A DNA stretch of 64,000 nt from Macrostomum lignano (lineage: Eukaryota). A program made the translations under genes and the position numbers. The stretch covers positions 62,001-126,000 of the forward strand of contig NIVC01001163.1 of NCBI GenBank assembly GCA_002269645.1, in the 5' to 3' direction. Below the pieces are notes generated by a model that saw nothing but the letters and a program-made list of their open reading frames with translations, did not search any database and was not told the origin of the DNA. Every line of letters begins with the position of its first letter. Positions within the stretch are counted from its first letter, which is position 1. This document shows, in pieces, positions 37,682 to 50,755 of the stretch.

Positions 37682-38235
37682 GCTGGTACCCTGTGCCCCT
37701 CCTGCCCTAACTGGGCTGGTACCCTGTGCCCCTTCTGCCCTAACTGGCTGGCTTAAAATTACATGCATCTACCTTGGTAAAGTTACACGAAGTCAAATGT
37801 AAGAAATCTAGCCGTGAATATTAACAAGAGGCTTAAATATCTCTTTTTAACAAGTTATCATGGGTATCTGTATTTTTACTCTGCTTTTAGTCAGTTATTT
37901 AATGAAGACCTAAATTTTAATGGCAGTCACGAAGCGGAATATTCAAAAAAATTTAAAACTTGCAGGTTGAAAAATTTTATTTGCGCATTTTTTGCGACAA
38001 ATTTACAACGAAAGCGTAGGAAATAGCAGTTAAATATTTTTATTACACTACTTACAGACAGAAGACGATGCGGCAATTTTCAGAAACAGTTGATTTATAG
38101 AAAATTTCGACTGAACAAAACTACTCAGTCATCAGCATGTTAGGAATGATTCGCTACAAAACATATTTTCGACATTGAATATTGGTAACAATATTGCAAA
38201 GTATTCGACAAATGATCGGTTCGGTTCCTTTAAAT

Positions 38236-38577
38236 TATGACTGGTTGGCAGCTCAGCTTGATCTTGAGTGTTGGAAAGCTTCCACTTTCTGAAACCGTGA
38301 TCAATTGGGTTCCCCTAGAATATGATTGGTTGGCAGTTCAGCTTGACCTTGAGTGTTGAAAAGCTTCCACTTGCCAAAAACGTGATCAGTTGGATTCCCC
38401 TAGAATATGATTGGGTGGCAGTTCAGCTTGACCTTGAGTGTTGAAAAGCTTCCACTTGCCACAAACGTGATCAGTTGGATTCCCCTAGAATATGATTGGG
38501 TGGCAGTTCAGCTTGACCTTGAGTGCTAAAAAGCTTCCACTTGCCAAAAAAAGTGATCAGTTGGATTCCCCTAGAAT
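38236..38577. repeat. 85-bp tandem repeat, 4 copies
   Basis: Units start at 38236, 38321, 38406 and 38491 (TATGATTGG...TTCCCCTAGAA). Confidence 0.95.
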
Positions 38578-39868
38578 GATGGTTACGAGAAGTATATTTT
38601 AGGAGCTTCTTTCCTGTAGAATATTATTGTTTTGTACGTGAGTGGGTACACAATGCAGTTCGATAGATAATAGACAACAAAAGCCAATGGCTTTTAAGTG
38701 AAAACGGTAATGTGTAGCAGAATAGGGCAAAGTGCTTGAAAAAGACAAGATAAGCAATGAGCATTGCTTTGGGCGTGAGCTTGGATAAACAGAAACTTAG
38801 AAACAAAAAAATTAAAGAGCTTCTTAGCCTGCGAGTGATTATATGCCGTAATCTAAATAGAGTGCAGTTTAGTATTGATAATCAGTTTCGGTTAAACAAT
38901 TTTTGCAAACAAAGGAAACGCTTGCATGCACTGCATTTGCTACTCACACATTTAGGCAAAATAATAGCGGGCCAATTATTTTCAAAATACAAAAAATCTT
39001 TAAGCATTTTGCGCAAATAATAACTGCATATAGGAACTGTCTGTAAGTATTGGGCAGGCATTAGCGCTGCAATAGGTGAGAGCTGAGCCACACGAGACTG
39101 TAAGGTCGCTTCTGCACACTTTTTAAATTCCTTATTGAGCCAAAATTGTATCTGATACTAAAATAACTAGATGCGCCGCTCAGGCACATATAGTTAGCAA
39201 AACGGCTTTCTACTTTCAGTTCAGTAGCAAAGAAGAATAATAAGCTATTTTATGAAATAACGGCAGCTGCGATGACTGATAAGTTTAGAACCCTCGTGCA
39301 GGCGTAAACAACTTGCTAATTGGTTCAGCCATAATGTACATTAGCCACTGAAATGTACATGGCAGCTTTAGGTTGGAATTACCAGAACGGCAATAAAAAT
39401 TGGGTAGTGTAGAAAGGCGCGGTTGGAAGGTTTAAGCTGGGGGAAGAGCCAATAAATTGAGCCTTGGCTTTAAAAAATACATCAAAATGCTTCTGTTTAA
39501 CTAACTACTGAACTGAAAGTAGCTTACACGCAAATGTGTTGAGTGGTACATCTAGTTCTTCTAGTATCCGTGATTGAGCCTAACTACAAAGCCATACTGT
39601 AGGCACATGTTCGCTAGCTGGTCCCCCAGATCATCACACGAATGGCAGATTCTCAGAAAAATCAGCACTGCAGATTAATTAAGGCAGCAACTGCTGAATA
39701 ATACGAGTACAAGCCAATGCATGTAATTATCGCTCGACTGTCCATATCGAGGTGACTAAAGTACAAAATTACATCTAGCATTGACACCGTCTGCGAATCA
39801 GTCAGATATAAAACTGTCGTTACGTCCAGCAAAAAAAATTATGAAAGAAGCAACCGCAGTGTTAAGCT

Positions 39869-42133
39869 TCACATATCCGGCAAGCCGGCCTTCTGCCGGC
39901 CCATCTGTACAGTTGCTCGCAGAAGAAATTGGCGCCTGCTCAACTCGCGAATCGTCTGCAATGTCGGGTTGGCGACATCAGGGTAATTAGCAGCTGCTGG
40001 TTGCTACTGAATTGCTATTGCTGCCCGTTCAAACCCTAACTTGCCACCGCCCTCCTATCCTTCAAGCCCGCCCTCCTATCCTTCAAGCCCGCCCTCCTAT
40101 CCTTCAAGCCCGCCCTCCTATCCTTCAAGCCCGCCCTCCTATCCTTCAAGCCCGCCCTCCTATCCTTCAAGCCCGCCCTCCTATCCTTCAAGCCCGCCCT
40201 CCTATCCTTCAAGCCCGCCCTCCTATCCTTCAAGCCCGCCCTCCTATCCTTCAAGCCCGCCCTCCTATCCTTCAAGCCCGCCCTCCTATCCTTCAAGCCC
40301 GCCTTCCTATCCTTCAAGCCCGCCCTCCTATCCTTCAATCCCGCCCTTCTATCTTTCACTTCCACCCTCCTATCCTTCAATCCCGCCCTTCTATCTTTCA
40401 GTTCCACCCTCCTATCCTTCAATCCCAACCCTCCTATCCCCCAGGCACCAGCTTCAATCCCAACCCTCCTATCCCCCAGGCACCAGCTTCAATCTCAACC
40501 CTCCTATCCCCCAGGCACCAGCTTCAATCCCAACCCTCCTATCCCCCAGGCACCAGCTTCAATCCCAACCCTCCTATCTTTCAGGGACCCTATGATCTTG
40601 TAGAGCCCGCTTCTACCCCTTCCATCTAATCTATCAGGGCCCGCTGGTGAAACCCTCAGACCCTTCAGTGATCTTGCTTCCAACTTGCAACCCTCATTGG
40701 AAGGGCGGGACAGGAACGGCGGCGGCTTGCCTTCAAGTACGAGTCGATATCAACGCAGCCTTTGCGCAGCGCGTCGCCCAGTGCGAAGATCGTGTCCTCC
40801 AGCGCCTGCTCCTCGGCGTAGCAGCGAACAATCTGCCTGTAGAGCGGCGCCGTGGCGTCGATCGCTTCGTCAACTCCGACGGACTCCTGAGCGGCCATCT
40901 GGGTGAGCATCTCCTCGGCCTGGCTGTTGGCCTGGCGCAGGCGGGTGGTGTAGTCTCCCACCGATTGCAGCTCCGTCTCCAGGCCCCTCAACAGCTTTTC
41001 CAGCTTCTCCCGACCTTCTCGCAGATCCTGCCCGGTGCGACGAACAACGTCGAGCTCGGCTTCTAGCTGGGCTCGTTTCTCGCTGTAGCGACGGCGAACC
41101 TACGATTGGAATCGGCGATTCGAGATGTGCGAATTGACACCTGAAGACAGCTGTTCACTGTACAGCTAGTGCTTTGTTGATTGCATATGGGGATCTAAGG
41201 AAATTTATTATAGGGAATCTAAGGGGATCTAATCTTGCTCATTGCATATAGGGATCTGCGGGAATACTGGGATAAATCTCGCCCATTGCATATGCGGATC
41301 TGGGGGAATACTGGGATAAAATCTTGCCGATGGCATTTGGGGATCTGGGGGAATACTGGGATAACATCTTGCTAATTGCATATGGGGATCTGGGAGAACA
41401 GTCTCAAAATGATTCAAATATCCACCTTATCCTCGGCAGCCGTTAGCACGGACATCCTCATGGCTTCCTCCTGATAATCCTGCCTTGTTCCAGTTGACTG
41501 CGGCTGCTGTTGCTGCTGCTGCTGCGGCGGCAGAGGCGGCTGCTGCCAACCGTAGCCGGCGCCCCAGCCATAGCCGCCTCCGGCCGCTGAAACCGGCTGC
41601 TGGTGCTGCTGCTGAGCCATGGGGGTCACCGGGGCGGCCTGGCGCGCCATCCGGGAGACAACGGGTGGAGTGTCGCCAAACTGTATCTGCAGCATCTGGA
41701 TTAATCCAACTAAATCAGATTGCGGATGAGTCCAGGAGCTCAGGTAGGGCATGTAAATCCGGCCGTTGCTATCTACGTATTGGCTGACGCGAATCTCCAT
41801 GGAGGCTGTTGGCCTGACGTACACCAATGGCGCATCGTATGGGGCGTTGTACTGCATGTACAGGCACACGGGTATGTTGTAGGTGCTGCCCTTGTGCACC
41901 ACGGGGATGGTGCCGCTGAGGGCCAGCAGCTGGCGGGTCTCGCCGTTGGAGAAGGTGAAGGACTCGGTTGTCGGCCGGAGGTCGCGGTATTCGTGCAGAG
42001 CATTGGCCAAGTCGCGCCTGGCTGGCTCCGGGTGCTTATAGTTCTGCGAGCCGGGGGCGCGGGTTTGTAATTGTGCACTTAGCCAATGACTGCGTTGGAT
42101 GAAGCCGAGCATTAGTGCCCCATCATTCAGCAT
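39869..42133 (-). CDS. TSG101: TSG101/Vps23 (UEV, Pro/Gln-rich linker, coiled coil, steadiness box); complement(join(39869..39955,40731..41099,41426..42133)); 5' end uncertain
   Basis: UEV: GTIPVVHKGSTYNIPVCLY...APLVYVRPTASMEI...VDSNGRIYMPYL; SVLTAAEDK|VRRR; ALEDTIFALGDALRKGCVDIDSYLK|TIRELSRRQFLLRA...AGL. A likely acceptor ctcgcag| at 42043 implies an unlocated upstream exon, or else the ATG at 42133 is the start. Confidence 0.93.
40045..40585. repeat. 21-bp minisatellite (about 15 copies) grading into longer variants, in the last TSG101 intron
   Basis: Unit CCTCCTATCCTTCAAGCCCGC; then CCCCAGGCACCAGCTTCAATCCCAACCCTCCTAT units. Confidence 0.95.
41185..41400. repeat. Degenerate repeat of about 43 bp in a TSG101 intron
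   Basis: GGGATCTG(C/G)GGGAATACTGGGATAAA..TTGC..ATTGCATAT repeated about 5 times. Confidence 0.75.
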
Positions 42134-45037
42134 AGCTACAGTTACAGCATGCTATGCCAACTTTCAATCAACTTCCAAAGCTTTGCAAACTTTCACTAGG
42201 ATATACTGGGTACCAAATAGCCAATCGAAAACCCAAATTTTCATAGATAAAAATTGGAACAAAAGTTTACATTAGCATGATCAGGTAAAGATAATAGGCT
42301 GCTTTAGTTGAATAGAAGAAGTAGAAATAGAACATTGATTAATAATCTTGGCATATAGAACTGTTAAAAGTTAAAAATTAGTGTACACAGTTGATATACA
42401 AATAATAGCCAAGTCTAGGCTTAGTGTATATAGTGTAATTAAATATCAACTGGGAAACTTTTTTTAAAGTAATTGGAAACAAAAAAGGAAAATAAAAATA
42501 ATGCAACTAATGGGGAAAACATAAGTAAAATAAAATATCAATTTCTAGAAAAAAGTTAACACTTTTAATTTAGTAAAAGTATAAGGTTTTTTAAAATATA
42601 TTGTTTTAAAAAAGTTGGCAAATAAACAACTTTAAGCTTGGTATAATTTTTTTAATTTATGCCAGCATAGAGTTAAGACTATTTTAGCTAGTGTACCACT
42701 TCTATGCTATTCCAAGAACATGTCCCTATTGGAATAAGTGGACAAAATGTGTTTGACTATCATGATTTTGAAATTTTCTAGTGTCACATCGCGGCTAGAA
42801 TAAAGGCAGGTGGTGTTGCGGCATGGTATAGTTTTTGGGTAAGTGGCAGGAGTAACTATGATTGTCTTATTAAGGCTAAATGCCTCATTATCTAATTAGT
42901 ACTATGCATGTATTCAGTGCAAAAGTTAACATGTTCTGTGTTGTCACATTTTTAAACTACAATTTTAGACCCTGTGTTGTGTGTCAATAGGTTTTCTACA
43001 TTTATTCTAATAGGGGAACATGTGCATAGTTTTATTCTAGGAATAGCACAGGGTTCCACCTTAATTTGTCCTATTTGAGATTGTTATATATAGCATAAAA
43101 TAAAAACAACTAAAGTATCTAACTTGTCATTGTCTTAGTATATATAAATAACTTTGACCAAAGTTATCAAAGTTAAACCAATGTTTAAATGTATATAGCT
43201 AAGGTAATATAAATAAAAAAATTAAGCAAATGACATGATTCAGCATCATGACTCACTTGTTCCTTACACCTTGGCCAGCCATCCCATTTCACTTGTCATC
43301 TAGTATACAGCCACTTCTTTCTTATATATACATTTTAATGTTGGTTTAATGTCAAAAAACTGATTAGCCAAAGATATATTAAATTATATATACCTCAGTT
43401 TTAGATAATGCTATATTCATTAAATTTTCATGTTGTATTGCATTGGCTACACAATGATCTTAGCTTATAGCAGCATTGTTTGCCAATAAAATGATCTAAC
43501 TTTAAGACTTATTTATACTACTATTTAGTATTAAATAAGTCATCAAAATCATATTTAAATAAATAAAAAGGAATCAAATTAAATAAGTCTTTTGGCCAAG
43601 GCAATCCAAATATTTCTTAGTTATACATATTCATTGTATTAGTATACTCTATATAGTGTATAATAGTTTAGTTATATGATCTCAAGAGATGAATTTCATG
43701 TAATTTCAAACAGATACAGAGCTATGCTACTATTAAAAGTTTTGTTTCAAAGTTTAAAATTCTAAATTTATTTTGCAATAAATAACAAATAAAATTTATT
43801 ATTGTAATAAATATTTTGTAATAATAATAACAATAATATGTCCTTGGCCTTGCCTTTGCATTTGGTTGAAGTCATCAAATTTATAAATGCTTAGGTCATA
43901 CAGATTTGGTCAAGTCATCATCATTATATTACAATTTTGAATATGATAATTTTGACTACATATGGCATAGCATACTATGAGACTAACAGTAATATAGTCT
44001 TGACAAAATGGCACCCTAGGTCTAGGATAGCCTTTATAGGTTAAGGTTAGGACCATTAGGGCCTAGGCACCAACTCACTAAATTAATCAATAGAATGATT
44101 GATAATTTAATAAATTATATACCAATAATTAAGCACTTACTGATGACAACTGTGTCCTCAAGAATCCATCAAAGTTAGCCATCCTTCAATTCAAATCAAC
44201 AGTTAAAATATAAAATTTATCTTGACTTGTAAATAGTAAATAGTAGGGATAGTAGGCCTATCTAAAACTGAAAACAATAGCTGTGTAGTAATTAGTTAGT
44301 AGTAGACTTGTGCAATGAATAATGTAACACAACACTTGGGCCTAATTTATTATTTTAGGCAAAAGCTTGAAAAAAAACCTTATAGCCAGTTTATAACTAG
44401 AGAAACGCAAGACGCTTGAAAAAAGCACAACTAACAGTTAAATTAAAAAATATATTTTTACTTTTACACCATAAAAAGTAGTTCAAAAGTTGAAACACCA
44501 AATCTTAGGTAATAAAAAACACTACAAAAGCCAGTGTTTTTCCGCTTTTTTATGATATTATTTGACTTAACTTTAACTCCGTTGATAAGATTTTGTTTAA
44601 CGATCTGCTTAACTTTTTTTCTAAGAACTTCAGGAAATCTGCGTAAAAAGGGGGCGATGATAGGCCTAATGTATTCTGGCGTGTCATGTCAATATCAAAC
44701 CATGTGAGTGTTTGTCGTACAATTTTACCTTGGTATTTGCCGAAATTATTTTACATTTATGTAAAAACTCACATAGTTTTAATAGTTTTCACAAATCTTA
44801 TATAGCCGCCTGGCCTAGGGCTAGGCCTAACTTTTTTCTACAATATTAAACCGATTTCTATGGACTGGTCAATGTGTCATTGTTGGCTCTTTTTTCCACT
44901 TATGTATATATAAATATTTAAAAAATCTAATAAAACCAGAACAGTCCAAATCTTTGCTTTGCAACTATATTTATAAGTCAGCTTTATTAGGCTTAGGCTT
45001 AGTCTAGTAGGCTTTCTATACTGACTATACAGAGAAA

Positions 45038-46329
45038 GGTAATCTTTCCTTACCCAGCCATAAATTATTTTCTAAGTTTTTTCGAATTTTTTATATTTAA
45101 AATGTAAATATTTTTACGGGCTTACAGTAAAAGCTAAAAGTCAGCATTGGTAAAAGTCAGCATGGGTAAAAGTTAGCATGGGTAGTAGTGCCGGACCCAG
45201 TAAATGAAATTTTCAAAATGATGCTCTCCTCCCCAATGGCGCCTCCAGATAAACTCCTGGAGGTAAATGTCAAAGAGTGCACCCGACATGCCACGCATCC
45301 GTCTTAGCTTGGCCTTGACATGACCCCACGTTCCCTCGATGTTCTGGGTGTGCACAGTTGGGTCCACAGGGTTGACAAAGTTGAGGGAGTGGTTGACAGT
45401 GGCATGGTTCGGCAGCTAGTTGTACGCAGCCCACTGGTCAGTCAGGATGCGTGTGCCGGGTAGCACGTGCTATTGAATTAGAGGCAGTAGAACGGCAGCT
45501 GACCGGGACTCGACTGTCATCATGACGAAGTTTCTTGAGTCACGCTCAATCATGCCGAGTACCTAGTGACCCTCTCGGTACTGGCCAACATGGTACTTGC
45601 GGTGCATGAATTTCGACTCATCAATTTCCACAGTATGTCCGGGACCACCCAGCTGCTGGGGATGGTCGATTGCCCACTGGCAACAGACATCGCGGAAATA
45701 GTTGAACCAGTCAACTATTGTCTCAGTTGAACCTATGCCGACCTCTCGCATGACAACGTCGTACTTGACATTAAGTGTTCACCAGTACATTAGCTAGATG
45801 ATCTTGTCCAGTGGCAGGTGACTATTGTAGAAGAACGAGTCTTGTCGTAATGACCTGTACCCCTTGCACTCTTTGCAGTACCAAGCATGGCCATCCATTG
45901 TATTGCGTGCGCGATTGACAAAGCCCATAGGCATGTGGCAGCACTGCATGGTGTTACGGAGCAGGCCAAGGGTTGCCAGCCAGTTTATTGTATTGTCCAT
46001 TGTGTCTGTCCTCCTGTGGACATCTTGCAGCTTCAGGGCCACAGCCTGCAGCAGCTGGGCAGCCGGAATGACCGAATTCTGGGGTACAATGGTTGTTGGG
46101 GCTCGAGGTCGACCAGCCATTGCTGAAAGGATGCGGAAAACACGTTAAAGACATAAAAAATAATTTTTGAGAAAAATTATTAAAAAATTAAGAAATCTAA
46201 AATTAAAAACATTTTTTTCTTTTCTTAAAATGTGCGCCCCACATATATACACAACTTCAGCCAAAAAAATTAAAAGAAACTGAAACAGGAAGCCGAAAAT
46301 AATTTACAGTCGGGTAAGGAAAGATTACC
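45038..46329 (-). mobile_element. Merlin-superfamily (IS1595/ISXO2-like) DNA transposon, full-length but inactive
   Basis: Perfect 18-bp TIR GGTAATCTTTCCTTACCC; 8-bp TSD CAGAGAAA/CAAAGAAA; carries a transposase pseudogene. Confidence 0.92.
45173..46120 (-). pseudogene. Merlin/ISXO2-like DDE transposase with five in-frame stops
   Basis: One frame gives WYCKEC...SLRQDSFF, GGPGHTVEIDESKF..RKYHVG, ILTDQWAAY, HATVNHSLNFV.P...HTQNIEGTW, YLQEFIWRR. Confidence 0.9.
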
Positions 46330-46770
46330 CAAAGAAATATAGGATCAAAAAAGTTTCATAGCTGATGCAGTGTACCTAATTTCCTTTTCTTGTTGTAGTA
46401 GGTATAATTAGTGGCTATCAAGCAGAAGCTAGGGCTATCAGTATCAAGCCAAATAATAAATAATGGACAATTGTTATTTGTCCAGTGATTAGGGTCTACA
46501 CAAATAGTGACACCATGGGCATGATCCAGAAAGTGCCTTTATGCTGGAAAATTCTAGGCCTAGTATATCTTTGCCAGATGCATGCGAATTTGGCAACAAA
46601 CAAATTCAGAGACAGAAATTTAACACAGACAAATTTAGGCAAATTTGGTGACATGTCTTTTTATAGCTGAAGACAAGTAACGCAAATTACATGCAATAAA
46701 GGCTTCTTTAAAATGCCACACTTAGAGACACGGTGGCCATGTCTATAATGCAAAAACTTATAGACATGGC

Positions 46771-47419
46771 TAGTGTTCTGCCATAAGGAAGGTCTATGTA
46801 CCGTAGCCATAGCCATAAGCAAAACTATGGCTTACTCCAATTCTCCGTATTCTGTAGCTGTAGGGACCCTAAAATTACCATATTCCCATAGTTCCCGTAG
46901 CCGTAGCCATAGTTTTAACAAAAAGTCTAAAGAACAAAATATTTTGAATCAAGAAGATAACTTAGTGCTTAAACAACTACAAATTAAATTAGAAAATAAA
47001 AGAAACACTTAATTGTCTTTGTAAGATTATATTTCATCTTTTTCAAAGCAACAATACTTAATGTTAATCATTATTGAAAGTACTAACGCAAAAATTTTTC
47101 ACATTAATAAAAATTAGAGTTTGCTAGTGTTTTATTGTACTTTTTTAGGTATATTTTATAAGTTTCTAGGTTGCTAATACAGTTTAATAAAAGTATCTTT
47201 GTTTTACTCTACCTGTTTCTAATATTTTTTTCAATTTTTAACATTAATAACTATGGCTACAGGAATCTACAGAATATGACAGCAACTACCATATTTCTGT
47301 AGTCGTAGCCATAAGAGCAGGTAGCTACCGTAGCCATATCTGTAGCTGCCGTAGGCACCTATTTTACCGTATTTACCTTAGGATCCTGTAGCCATAGTTA
47401 TGGCTATGGCAGAACACTA
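46771..47419. mobile_element. Non-autonomous hAT-type element, inverted paralog of 23270..24314
   Basis: TIR TAGTGTTCTGCCATA / TATGGCAGAACACTA; perfect TSD GACATGGC (46763..46770 and 47420..47427). Confidence 0.92.
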
Positions 47420-48159
47420 GACATGGCAGTTATGTTTCTAATAGTGACTAGGTCCATATTTCTAGACATGGCTATCGTTTCCATGCCATATTGCAAAAGG
47501 TGTAGTATATGCTAGAAAATTCCAGCATATAAAAGCTTTAGCTGGTATACATCTGGCCTATAAATGCTTTTGCTAGTGTATAGGCCTATACAGCGTACAA
47601 GGAGGAAATACAACTTTCTGGCACAATCATTGGTGTACAATTCTTAAGCTTGTTAAGCTTGTGGCACAGTGTACAAAAGCATTAAAGTATATATCATAGT
47701 TGCGTAAATTACGCTAAATAATCGTTTGCTGTAGTAAGGTTAATTTTAAATTTATGACAATATAAATTTATTTATTGTCATAAATTTTCATAACAATTGT
47801 TTGCTATAGTAAGGTTAATTTTAAATTTATGGCAATAAATTACTTTTTAAAATAATATAATTAACTTTTCCATAGTTACTAATAAAAAAGGTATCTAAAT
47901 TGATTATATATGTAACTATTTTATTTTACTATTTATTTTCATTTTTAAATGATATATGTTTCATTTTTCTGCAACACAATTATTTTTTGGCAGATCTAAT
48001 GCTTTTTGTATTGGTTATATACTTGTTAATCACACAAGTTTTAGTGGCATACAATTTATTAGAACACTTAATTGGTGTAATTTACTAGCATATACTTATA
48101 GATATTAGATAGCCAAATACTTTCCAGCATATATGTAACATGATCCGCAATATAATGTC

Positions 48160-49010
48160 TATGAAACTTGCATGGTGGGTGGCGGTGTCTATAATATTGG
48201 AGCTTATAGGCATGGCTGCTATTATCAATGCTATTATCAATCATCAATATAAAATGTATGTTCTATAGAGCTCTCTCATAAGTAAATAATGGCTTAATAG
48301 ATAAGTTAATGAAAAATTTCAAATCTTAAATAGTCAGTTTTTTATTTGAATTTTTTTTTAACTTAATTTAATTAAAATTTTAAGAGTAACATTGAATCTT
48401 AAAGGGTGGCCGCAATTATATATGTAGCTACTGAAAAAATAATTGTAAGTGTAAATTTTTTGATACATATCGGCCACACTTTGTCATAAGTTAAACATTA
48501 TATAGCCGTACTAAATGCGTAACTAAGCAACTTAAGAATAAATGAAAATCTAGCAATAACTGAAGAGCATAAACAAAAATGTGGCAAACTTCTTATAATA
48601 TAAAATTTGTAATCATTTATAACAATTTGTAATAAAATTTGAATACTTATAGATATACAAATATATAGCTACATATATAATTGTGGCTGCACTTTCAGAT
48701 TTAGCAAATTACTCTTATCAAAAAATTTAATTTAATTTATTGTTTTATTTTTATTGAAAAAAAACTTAAAAGTTAAGACAGAAAAATTTCTGTTTGCTAA
48801 AAAAAATTTATTTAAAAAAATGCCAACCTTTTGGGATTCGAATATGCATTCCCATATGCAATCATATGACAATTGACATATCCACTAAGCCACCATTTGC
48901 TTATGAGAAAGCCCTATAGAACACACATTTTATATTGATGATAATAGCCATGCCTATAATATAAGCTCAAATATTATAAACATGGCCGCCATGCCCATAA
49001 GTATTCCAAT
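48160..49010. mobile_element. Foldback-type element with long imperfect inverted arms
   Basis: About 48160..48430 is an imperfect reverse complement of about 48665..49010, e.g. CAATTATATATGTAGCTA / TAGCTACATATATAATTG. Confidence 0.7.
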
Positions 49011-49149
49011 TTTAAAATGCTTATGAAAGTTTTAGTTTATAAATATAAAATAATGGCTGCATAAAGCATGTTAAAATAACCAAAAATGTAACCAAACCAA
49101 CCAAACCAACCATAACCAAAATTGGATATCTCGCAAATTTGAGAAGGCA

Positions 49150-50755
49150 AGGCTTATTTAGCCAGTACTAGTCAAATAAGTTTGCTACTATTTAGCTGGC
49201 ACTGGTCAAATAAACCCATCACTATTTAGCTGGCAGTCCTGCCCTATTGCTAGTCAAATGAACTGATGCCGCCTATGGATTTTTTAATTGTAAACTTTTA
49301 TACATGCGATTGAACTATCTATGGTCATAATTTGTTAAGGGGGTTACACCAAATTTGTCAACATCTACTTTGTCAACAGACTTGAAGTTTAGGAAATTAA
49401 AGGAAATTGAATTTGTCAACATTTAAAACAAGCTAAGCAAATTTGTCAACAATAAAACAGACTTTCCTAAAATGGTTTCCTAACTAAATAACATTAATTT
49501 CTATAATTCAATGAGCAAAATATTGCCAGATACTTCAACATTACTTCAAAAAATTAATACCAAATACAGTAAAACCATTCTCCTTCCATTATCTTACATA
49601 CATTTTTCAATAGGCTTTGTCTTTCAATTTTTAGCATATAATAAATATACTAGTCAACCCTATAGGAAAAAGTTGTAAAACCGCGGACGGTGTCCGGCGC
49701 ACTTTTGAAATTTTTCTAAAGCGCAGCGCGTGCACAGGCGCAGCGCCTGCGCGCGCTGCCCTTTCTTACTGGCTGCTGCTCTAGCAAATACATATACATG
49801 GAAATGGGTATAATACCTCTGTTGAAGGGGCTTATACACTCGTAATTTATTAAGCTTAGAGATGTTCCGAAAATTTAATTTCAATTTTCCAAAATTTGAA
49901 ATTTTTTAGAGCGAATTTCAATTTCGAAATAAAATTTAGAAGTGAAAATTTTGGTAGTGTCTAAAAAGTCGCTAAAAATAAACTACTTTCTACTACATAT
50001 ACATATATTACTTTTTGCTTAAGCAGTAAATTGTAAGTAAAAAAGTGAGTGTTGATCATACTAAACTTTGTTTTTCTGAATTATGATTTCAGGAAATTTC
50101 AATTTTGATTTTGGAAAGTTAGCGAATTTTGATTTCGACAAAACTGCAGATCTTTCGGAACATCTCTAATAATCCTAAAGCGCGGTAAAATAGTTTGACT
50201 CTTTTCTAAAGCGCACGTCCGCGGGTTTTTAACATTTATTCCAATAGGGCTAGTCAATAGCATATTGTCAGGTAACTTAATTTTGTCAATAGTGCATGGT
50301 AAAATATATTGACAAATTCGATGGCACCCTTTGCAAAGACCCAGACAGTTACTAAAGAGCTGGGCACACAAGGGAAAATGGAATTAATTAATGAACCATA
50401 CATGCACAACTTTGGGAATCACCTGGCTGTTTCTATTGGCAACACACACATGTAAGTCGCTATTGGCTGAGAGCAGTCACGTGACTACTATTCCATCTAA
50501 TAGCGACTTGTTCCATCCCAAGCATGTAATGAACCAACAAGCAGAGTGGAGCAAGACAAGGGCTCCTATGATAACAAATTATTTCCATTCATTTTTGTTA
50601 ATGCAAATATACAATTAGATGGAATGAACTATCTGTTTATTTGACCAGCAGGTGGGCAGGACTGCCAGCTAAGTAGTGACAGGTTTATTTGACCAGCAGT
50701 GGGTAGGATTGATTGCTATCTAAATAGTGATGGGATTATTAGACTAGCAATAAAA
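49150..50755. mobile_element. Element bounded by about 100-bp inverted repeats, class unknown
   Basis: GGTCAAATAAACCCATCACTATTTAGCTGGCAGTCCTGCCC (49204) versus GGGCAGGACTGCCAGCTAAGTAGTGACAGGTTTATTTGACC (50654). Confidence 0.55.

Larger units (their letters stand above)
35696..37750. repeat. 33-bp minisatellite split into three pieces by two DNA transposon insertions
   Basis: Unit CTGGGCTGGCACCCTGTGCCCCTCCTGCCCTAA at about 35696..35727, 36217..36397 and 37682..37750. Confidence 0.9.

Noticed and set aside
40012-40629. (PPSYPSS)n ORF resembling an RNA polymerase II CTD or extensin
   Set aside because: Antisense translation of the 21-bp array in the TSG101 intron; no RPB1 body nearby.
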